The notes beneath the pieces were generated by a model. It ran no database searches, was not told where the DNA came from, and worked only from the letters and a program-made list of their open reading frames with translations. 64,000 bases of DNA, taken from positions 1 to 64,000 of the IMG/VR virus record IMGVR_UViG_3300022660_000063, one strand, 5' to 3'. The translations under genes and the position numbers were made by a program. Shown here one piece after another: positions 58,548 through 64,000 of the stretch (positions are counted from its first letter, which is position 1; each line of letters begins with the position of its first letter). The stretch is from a virus (taxonomy: Duplodnaviria > Heunggongvirae > Uroviricota > Caudoviricetes).

Positions 58548-59705
58548 ATGACTCAAAATTTTAAAGGAATAGTAAGACTATCTAATGAAAATTATTTAAC
58601 ATTATCTACAACAGGAACTCTTACCTTAAAAGATGGTTCTACTTTAACATTTGACCCAACATCTACTTTATATATAACACCAGATTCAACTATTGATTTT
58701 ACTCAAGAAGATAAAGATAAAGTAGAAGTTATAGATATATCTGGAGATGGTACTCAATTTTTATCTAATGATGGTAGTTATAAAACCATTAGTGGGGTAG
58801 AAGTAATAACAGGTACACGTTCAAATCCTGTAAATTGTAAAAACCTAGAAATAAATAAATTATATAATGTACAAGGTTATATAGTAGGGACATCTTCTCA
58901 AAGTAATCCTACTTATATTATAGATAATTCTCTATTTATTTTTAGATTAGATAGTACTAGTCTAGTTTCATTTAATTATATTTATTCTATTAATGGGTTT
59001 AATCGATGTTTAGGTGGTTCATCATATTTTGATATCAATGAGAATGGATATATGACTAGCGGAGGTTCTGGTTGCGCAATAAATATGTTTAATGGAAAGT
59101 ATGGTGAAAATAATATTATGATCTATGCTCCAACTTCAAGTGGTATTACAGGACAGGTATTGCAATCGAATGGCTCTAGTGCTGCACCAACCTGGATAGA
59201 CTTGCCAGATGCTTTACTACAATTAAATGGTACCGAAGATACTCCTATTAATTTATACAATGATTTAGAAGTAAATAAATTATATTCGATAAGTGGAGTT
59301 ATTTATAACTCAGATAATAATCTAACAGCAAATGATTCAATATTAACTTACAAGACAAATACCAATTTATTGTATTTAATTGGTGGAAAAATAGATTTGT
59401 TAACAAATGAGTTATCATTCCAACCAAATTACTTTACAATAGCAGAAGTAGAAGCTACAGGAGAAATAAGTACACATCAATCTAGTATTGCTCCAGTTAA
59501 TTCAGGGACATCTGGTCAAGTACTAACAAGTAACGGCCCAGATCAAGAACCAACTTGGGAAAATAGTTCTTCTGTAAATATAGACAACACAACTATAACA
59601 AGAAATAACTCGGATAGCATTCAAGCAGTTGGCTTAACAAATGGGTCCGTAAATCTAACTTGTGATAATATCTACGATGCCCTAGCAAGTGACTGGGAGG
59701 TGTAA
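58548..59705 (+). CDS. tail fiber protein sharing C-terminal domain with 51006..52784
   Basis: AAGGAG RBS; C-terminal 'ITRNN...NIY.A...WEV' domain. Confidence 0.5.
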   Translation: MTQNFKGIVRLSNENYLTLSTTGTLTLKDGSTLTFDPTSTLYITPDSTIDFTQEDKDKVEVIDISGDGTQFLSNDGSYKTISGVEVITGTRSNPVNCKNLEINKLYNVQGYIVGTSSQSNPTYIIDNSLFIFRLDSTSLVSFNYIYSINGFNRCLGGSSYFDINENGYMTSGGSGCAINMFNGKYGENNIMIYAPTSSGITGQVLQSNGSSAAPTWIDLPDALLQLNGTEDTPINLYNDLEVNKLYSISGVIYNSDNNLTANDSILTYKTNTNLLYLIGGKIDLLTNELSFQPNYFTIAEVEATGEISTHQSSIAPVNSGTSGQVLTSNGPDQEPTWENSSSVNIDNTTITRNNSDSIQAVGLTNGSVNLTCDNIYDALASDWEV

Positions 59706-59706
59706 A

Positions 59707-59931
59707 ATGGGACAAGTTATAGTAAAAAGTCCATCTTCTGGAAGTACCTTTAATCTTATGTCATGTGTTTCAATGGGAGATATGACATTTAAAGATGCTG
59801 TTCAATTTTATGATATGACTTTTAAATTATATAAAACAAATTACACGATAAATGAACAGGATTATTCAGAAGAAAATTTAGAAGAATTATCCAGTATTTT
59901 ATCTACATTAGCATTTGGAGGAAATAATTAA
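59707..59931 (+). CDS. small hypothetical protein
   Basis: GGGAGG RBS then ATG 59707. Confidence 0.35.
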   Translation: MGQVIVKSPSSGSTFNLMSCVSMGDMTFKDAVQFYDMTFKLYKTNYTINEQDYSEENLEELSSILSTLAFGGNN

Positions 59932-59932
59932 T

Positions 59933-61243
59933 ATGACAATGACAGCAAGTCAACTTTTTAAAGTTACATCAATTTTAGAAACTGCAAGACAAGATGGCGT
60001 TAAGAATTTAAAAGCAAAAGGTATAACTATTCCAGATAGTTCAAGTATTCCTGCTATTATTGGTAATATAAACAATATAACAGGTCAAACTATCATAAAT
60101 ACTACGGAATTAAAAGCAACTGGGGATAGAATAATTACAGCAGCAGACCTACCTAATACAACTTTTACTTTGTACAAAGATGATAGTTTACTACAAACAC
60201 TAACAAATGCTGATGAAGCTTATGTGGTAGCGTTTTCAGTTACTGATGATGGTGAGTATATAATAAAAGCAACCAGAGATTCTGAAGAAAAATGGCAAAA
60301 TAGTATCAATGTACAAGGTGTTGGTCAATACAAATGCACTATGAAATACTATAATGAAGTAACTAAATCTGCAATAGGTAATTACATACCAACTTATAAA
60401 TCTTTAAAATATACATGGGAAGAATTGCAGGAAATTTCTGAAGCAGGATTTGGAGAATATGTATTTGAATTTGATGGATTTGAATACATGCAAACTAATT
60501 TTATGGCTAAAGGAGCAACAAGTGAATATAGCAGAGCTTATTTAGTGCATATAGATGAAGAAAATAACTTAATATTTTGTTATTATAATTTCAATAGCAC
60601 ATATAAAATGTTTAATACATCTGGAACAAATAGTAATGGTATATCTTGGATGGGATGCATACCAAGAACAAATTCATTACCAGCAGGCGCTACTCAATAC
60701 ATATATGATTGGACAGTTACTGATTCAACAAATGGTACATATTATAAATACGAAATAGAAGCTTCTACATTTGTTCCTGTATTATTACCAGATGAGTACA
60801 ATAATGAAACAAAATATTACAAGAAAACAGAAATTGCTGAAGATGGTGTGTTCTTAGCTTCATTAAAAGAACAATTAGGAACAGTTAGCCCAAGATTAAA
60901 AAATATCAAAACATGGCAAGGTTGTGGTGCTGGGGTTACAGTGAGCACAGATGATTTAATATTAACAACTCAAGATTATATGTGGCTACCTAGTGATAGC
61001 AATATATTTGGTGACACTAAGAGATTTGATGATTACTCTAAATTCTGGCTTGAAGGAGAAACATTTAAAGCATTTAAGAATTATAACGAGATATTATTTA
61101 GATTCTCAAGTAGTGCTAGATGGCTTAGATCCCCTTACGTTCCCTCTTCTTCGAACTATTTCTGTACTTGGTACATCCATGGTTATTCGTCCAACACCAA
61201 TATGACGACTAGTTTTTCTGTTCCTCTCTGCTTTTCAATCTAA
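59933..61243 (+). CDS. DGR target (variable) protein, receptor-binding candidate; VR occupies the last about 35 codons
   Basis: C-terminus '...SPYVPSSSNYFCTWYIHGYSSNTNMTTSFSVPLCFSI' corresponds codon-for-codon to TR 'YPYVNSSSNNFCNWNNNGYSNNNNMTNSNYVPL' (AAY codons in TR). Confidence 0.75.
   Translation: MTMTASQLFKVTSILETARQDGVKNLKAKGITIPDSSSIPAIIGNINNITGQTIINTTELKATGDRIITAADLPNTTFTLYKDDSLLQTLTNADEAYVVAFSVTDDGEYIIKATRDSEEKWQNSINVQGVGQYKCTMKYYNEVTKSAIGNYIPTYKSLKYTWEELQEISEAGFGEYVFEFDGFEYMQTNFMAKGATSEYSRAYLVHIDEENNLIFCYYNFNSTYKMFNTSGTNSNGISWMGCIPRTNSLPAGATQYIYDWTVTDSTNGTYYKYEIEASTFVPVLLPDEYNNETKYYKKTEIAEDGVFLASLKEQLGTVSPRLKNIKTWQGCGAGVTVSTDDLILTTQDYMWLPSDSNIFGDTKRFDDYSKFWLEGETFKAFKNYNEILFRFSSSARWLRSPYVPSSSNYFCTWYIHGYSSNTNMTTSFSVPLCFSI
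61132..61236 (+). repeat. DGR variable repeat (VR)
   Basis: About 105 bp; 17 mismatches to TR, every one at a TR adenine. Confidence 0.8.
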
Positions 61244-61256
61244 TAATCTAAATAAT

Positions 61257-61278
61257 CTGTTCGCCGAAAGGTGAACAG
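61257..61278 (+). promoter_or_regulatory. hairpin with GAAA tetraloop immediately 3' of VR (DGR target-recognition stem-loop)
   Basis: ctgttcgcc-gaaa-ggtgaacag: 9-bp stem (one G-T pair). Confidence 0.6.
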
Positions 61279-61303
61279 TGAGTATATAAAAGGAAATTTT
61301 AAC

Positions 61304-61699
61304 ATGGTTCCATCGTATATGAGAACATTAAGTAAAACTCAATATGTTTATGAAAGTGTTATGCTTAGAAAATTAGTAGCAAGCACTATTGTTAATAAAT
61401 TCTCTAAAAAATATACTTTCTATGGGCTACAATCAACATTTAAATTAATAGATAGAGTTATGCAATGTTGCGTACTTGCTAATCAATGTGATTTGACAAC
61501 AAGTTTTGAAAAACGAAGAGAATTATTGACAGAAGCTCTACACACTTTAAATTTATTCTCTATTGAATTTGAATGCATATTGGAGTATAATAATACTATC
61601 ACAGATGGAATGCTTAATAAGATATTTGAAAAAACTGACTACCTAGAAAAATTAATTAAAGGTGTTATAAACTCGGATAAGAAACGAGTTTCAAAATAA
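61304..61699 (+). CDS. avd: DGR accessory variability determinant (Avd-like, 131 aa)
   Basis: Small basic helical ORF between VR and TR, the canonical position and size for Avd; AAGGA RBS. Confidence 0.6.
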   Translation: MVPSYMRTLSKTQYVYESVMLRKLVASTIVNKFSKKYTFYGLQSTFKLIDRVMQCCVLANQCDLTTSFEKRRELLTEALHTLNLFSIEFECILEYNNTITDGMLNKIFEKTDYLEKLIKGVINSDKKRVSK

Positions 61700-61721
61700 C
61701 ATTGGTGTGCGGTTGATTATA

Positions 61722-61826
61722 CCCTTACGTTAACTCTTCTTCGAACAATTTCTGTAATTGGAACAACAATGGTTATTCGAACAACAACAATATGACGAAT
61801 AGTAATTATGTTCCTCTCTGATTTTA
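61722..61826 (+). repeat. DGR template repeat (TR)
   Basis: Non-coding copy of VR, rich in AAC/AAT. Confidence 0.8.
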
Positions 61827-61979
61827 CTTAAATAATGCCAGACATAGTAGATATTTATTGAAACCGGCTAAATTAATAAAAGGAACCGCACTTCCATAGC
61901 AATTAAAAGCTAAAAATAAAAACCTCCTAATATATTTTACTCAAGATTAGGAGTAACTAATATTACATAGGAGATTATA

Positions 61980-62993
61980 TTGAAAAATAAAACTTTTAAA
62001 GAAGTTTTTACATATAAAAATTTATTGGTTTGTGCTAATCTATGCTTTAGAAATGTTAGATGAAAGCAAAGCATCCAAAATTTTGAAATTCAAAAGCATA
62101 GATTAGTAAATAGAATATTTAGACAATTGCATGCTGGGAGTTACAAATCACCTGGATACTTTGAATTCACTAAAAGCTGCAGAGGAAGAACTAGAAATAT
62201 AAAAGCTGCACATATTAGTGAAAGAATTGTACAAAAATGCTTATGTAGATATTACTTAAACAATCTACTCGGAAGATCCTTAATATATGATAATGGAGCT
62301 ACAATAAATGGTAAAGGCTATATATTTACTTTAGATAGATTATTTGTACATTTAAATAAATACTATAAAAGATATCATACTAATGAAGGTTATATATTAA
62401 AGATAGATTTTAGCAAATATTTTGATAATATAGATCATAATATTCTATTAAGTAAAGCAAGAAATTATATAAAAGACGATAAGATATATAATCTGTATAA
62501 ACATTTTATAGAGAAAGCCAGTAGAGAGAAAGGAATAGCATTAGGAAGCGAAATTTCGCAGATAAATTCTTTGTTCTATGTTAATGAGTTAGATCATTTA
62601 ATCAAAGAAAAATTACATATTAAATTTTATGGTAGATATGTAGATGATTGTTATCTGATATGCAGTAGTAAAGAAGAATTAAAAAACTGTCTGCGAGTAA
62701 TATACGAAGTTTGTAATAAATTAAAAATAATTATAAATAAAAATAAGACAACTATCAGTAAATTAAAACAATTTACTTGGTTAAAAATTCAATTCCGTTT
62801 ACAATCTAATGGTAAAATAACAAATAAAAATTCATATAAAACTCGAAAGAACTTATTTAGAAAAGAGAAATACCTTAGATCAAAATATGGGATAAATAGC
62901 AACCAATACACCAATTATAAAGGTTCATTTGAAGGTTATATAAAGGAGTATATACATGTTCAAGGTAAAAGACGAAATAAAAATACCTTTTAA
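61980..62993 (+). CDS. DGR reverse transcriptase (337 aa; TTG start, in-frame TGA=Trp at 62061)
   Basis: RT motifs 'ILKIDFSKYFDNIDHNIL' (A/2), 'GIALGSEISQINSLFYVNELD' (B') and 'YGRYVDDCYLI' (C, YxDD). The N-terminal 'FKEVFTYKNLLVCANLCFRNVR[W]KQ' DGR-RT-like region is reached only by reading through the TGA; AGGAG sits 7 nt upstream of TTG 61980. Confidence 0.8.
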
Positions 62994-63204
62994 AAATATA
63001 TCTAATAATATATTAGCAAATGGTAATGAATTAACATTAATTGATAATGAGGGTACTTTTATTTATACAAACAATAAGTGGTACTTGAGTAACGAATACG
63101 TTAATAATATGTTTATGGGTTATGGATTCAAACCTAACTTCTCTCTAGAAACTAAAATTGAGAAAGAAGGCTTTGACGACATATTCGAAGAAATTAAGGA
63201 GTAG
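62956..63204 (+). CDS. small hypothetical protein
   Basis: 82 aa, overlaps the RT 3' end. Confidence 0.35.
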   Translation: MFKVKDEIKIPFKNISNNILANGNELTLIDNEGTFIYTNNKWYLSNEYVNNMFMGYGFKPNFSLETKIEKEGFDDIFEEIKE

Positions 63205-63207
63205 TAA

Positions 63208-64000
63208 ATGAAAGTTCTTAATAAAGCAGATTGGTATGGTACAAAAGCTCAATATTTAGCTTTATCTTCTATTGATTCAAGTAAAAAATATTTTATAATA
63301 GATTTACCTAATTATAGTATCTCTAATGCGGATATGGAATTAGCTACAACCATAGAATCTAGTTTATACAAGACAGGAGATGTGTTTATATGTAAAGATT
63401 CTGGCACCTACTTGCAAGGACATATATATAAATTTAATAAAGATACAACAAGCTCTAACTGGATAGATATTTCAAGTAGTATTGGTGCTACAGGGAGTTC
63501 CTCATTAGTTTCAGATAGTGGTCAATTAACCTTTAGCGTTGATTCGGTATCAGATGTAGCATATTTAAAAAGTAATAAACCATTGCATATAGGTGAAGGA
63601 GCTACTGACTTAAGTTTAGATTGTGATACTTTTCAAGTATTCACTGAAGATGGATGGAATTGGGAAAGTACAATAACAGATGAAAATGGGGATGAAGATA
63701 CTGCTAGATTCTCATTCCAGATGGGAAATATAACTTTATCTAATAGTAATCAGGGTGTGCATTTAAATAAAGCAACAGACCAAATAATTCTTCAAGCTAG
63801 TTCTATTAGAGCAAATACAAGTACAGCTGATTTAGGTACTTCCGCTTTACCTTGGAATAATATATATGGTAAAACTATCTACCAAAATGGTCAACAAGTT
63901 GCAACAAAAGCAGAGGCTGCTTTATATAAGCATAATGTCTCAATAAATGGCACAAATGATTCTGGCCAACAAATAAATGCTAGAGTAGTTGGTTTAAATA
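63208..64000 (+). CDS. tail-fiber-module protein, 3' partial (runs off window); N-terminus paralogous to 54226..54543
   Basis: AAGGAG RBS; open frame to the window end. Confidence 0.5.
   Translation, partial: MKVLNKADWYGTKAQYLALSSIDSSKKYFIIDLPNYSISNADMELATTIESSLYKTGDVFICKDSGTYLQGHIYKFNKDTTSSNWIDISSSIGATGSSSLVSDSGQLTFSVDSVSDVAYLKSNKPLHIGEGATDLSLDCDTFQVFTEDGWNWESTITDENGDEDTARFSFQMGNITLSNSNQGVHLNKATDQIILQASSIRANTSTADLGTSALPWNNIYGKTIYQNGQQVATKAEAALYKHNVSINGTNDSGQQINARVVGLN

Noticed and set aside
517-61205. All minus-strand ORFs in the track (517..723, 1270..1488, 7747..8070, 22287..22589, 52489..52674 and others)
   Set aside because: They are short (60-107 aa) and fully embedded antisense in well-supported + strand genes. 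They lack RBSs and have low-complexity AT-codon compositions, so they are treated as spurious.
62033-62107. 15-bp inverted repeat (ctaatctatgcttt / aaagcatagattag)
   Set aside because: It lies inside the RT N-terminal coding region once TGA=Trp is applied. It may still be an RNA structure, but it cannot be called an independent non-coding element.
62127-62993. Reverse transcriptase interpreted as retron or group II intron RT
   Set aside because: The upstream TR/VR pair with adenine-only mismatches, an Avd-sized ORF and a VR-adjacent hairpin identify it as a DGR RT. No retron msr/msd-like repeats or intron domain structure were seen.
1-64000. CRISPR arrays, tRNA or rRNA genes
   Set aside because: There are no regularly spaced direct repeats with unique spacers. 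The few intergenic regions (4412-4517, 38264-38566, 50817-51005, 61700-61979) lack tRNA-like GC-rich stems or T-loop signatures, and no rRNA-like conserved blocks were seen.

Overview
This 64 kb window reads as part of a large, AT-rich (roughly 30% GC by eye) virulent phage genome of a low-GC Gram-positive-type host. All convincing genes are on the + strand and tightly packed. Ribosome-binding sites are strong AGGAGG-type, promoters are sigma-70-like, and the short minus-strand ORFs look spurious. The key observation is that TGA is read as a sense codon, almost certainly Trp (translation table 4 style). At least 14 in-frame TGAs sit at conserved Trp positions (SSB 'CVAWGK', GIY-YIG 'EIYWI'). 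They rejoin ORF fragments that standard-code calling splits: SSB, an FNT channel, a hidden 163-aa gene, a 289-aa gene and the reverse transcriptase N-terminus. Positions 1-38 kb form an early/middle region. It holds anaerobic nucleotide metabolism: a formate/nitrite (FNT) channel with NrdD and NrdG, where NrdD is interrupted by an intein carrying a GIY-YIG endonuclease, plus a ThyX-like gene. It holds an RNA-repair toolkit: a Pnk-like kinase fused to an HD phosphatase, two RNA ligases, a DNA ligase, a CCA-adding enzyme, RNase H and a metallophosphoesterase. It also holds peptide deformylase, SSB, two PARP-like ADP-ribosyltransferases (one with a WGR domain), an SPFH protein, a nucleotidyltransferase, and a four-member paralogous family sharing a conserved 20-aa N-terminus 'MKQxIRNxTFETNSSSxHSL'. 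Seven near-identical terminator-hairpin/promoter modules (TTTACT, 17 bp, TATAAT) punctuate this region. A palindrome-rich 300-bp intergenic hub at 38.26-38.57 kb precedes a late-type region. That region encodes a Cu/Zn superoxide-dismutase fusion protein, membrane and acidic proteins, inorganic pyrophosphatase, and a modular tail-fiber/receptor-binding cluster (beta-propeller repeat paralogs and a BspA-like LRR protein). Its genes are preceded by a recurring TGCTAAATTTAT motif. The window ends with a complete diversity-generating retroelement (DGR): target gene with C-terminal variable repeat (VR), hairpin, avd, template repeat (TR) and RT, with all 17 TR/VR mismatches at TR adenines. No rRNA, tRNA or CRISPR array was found.
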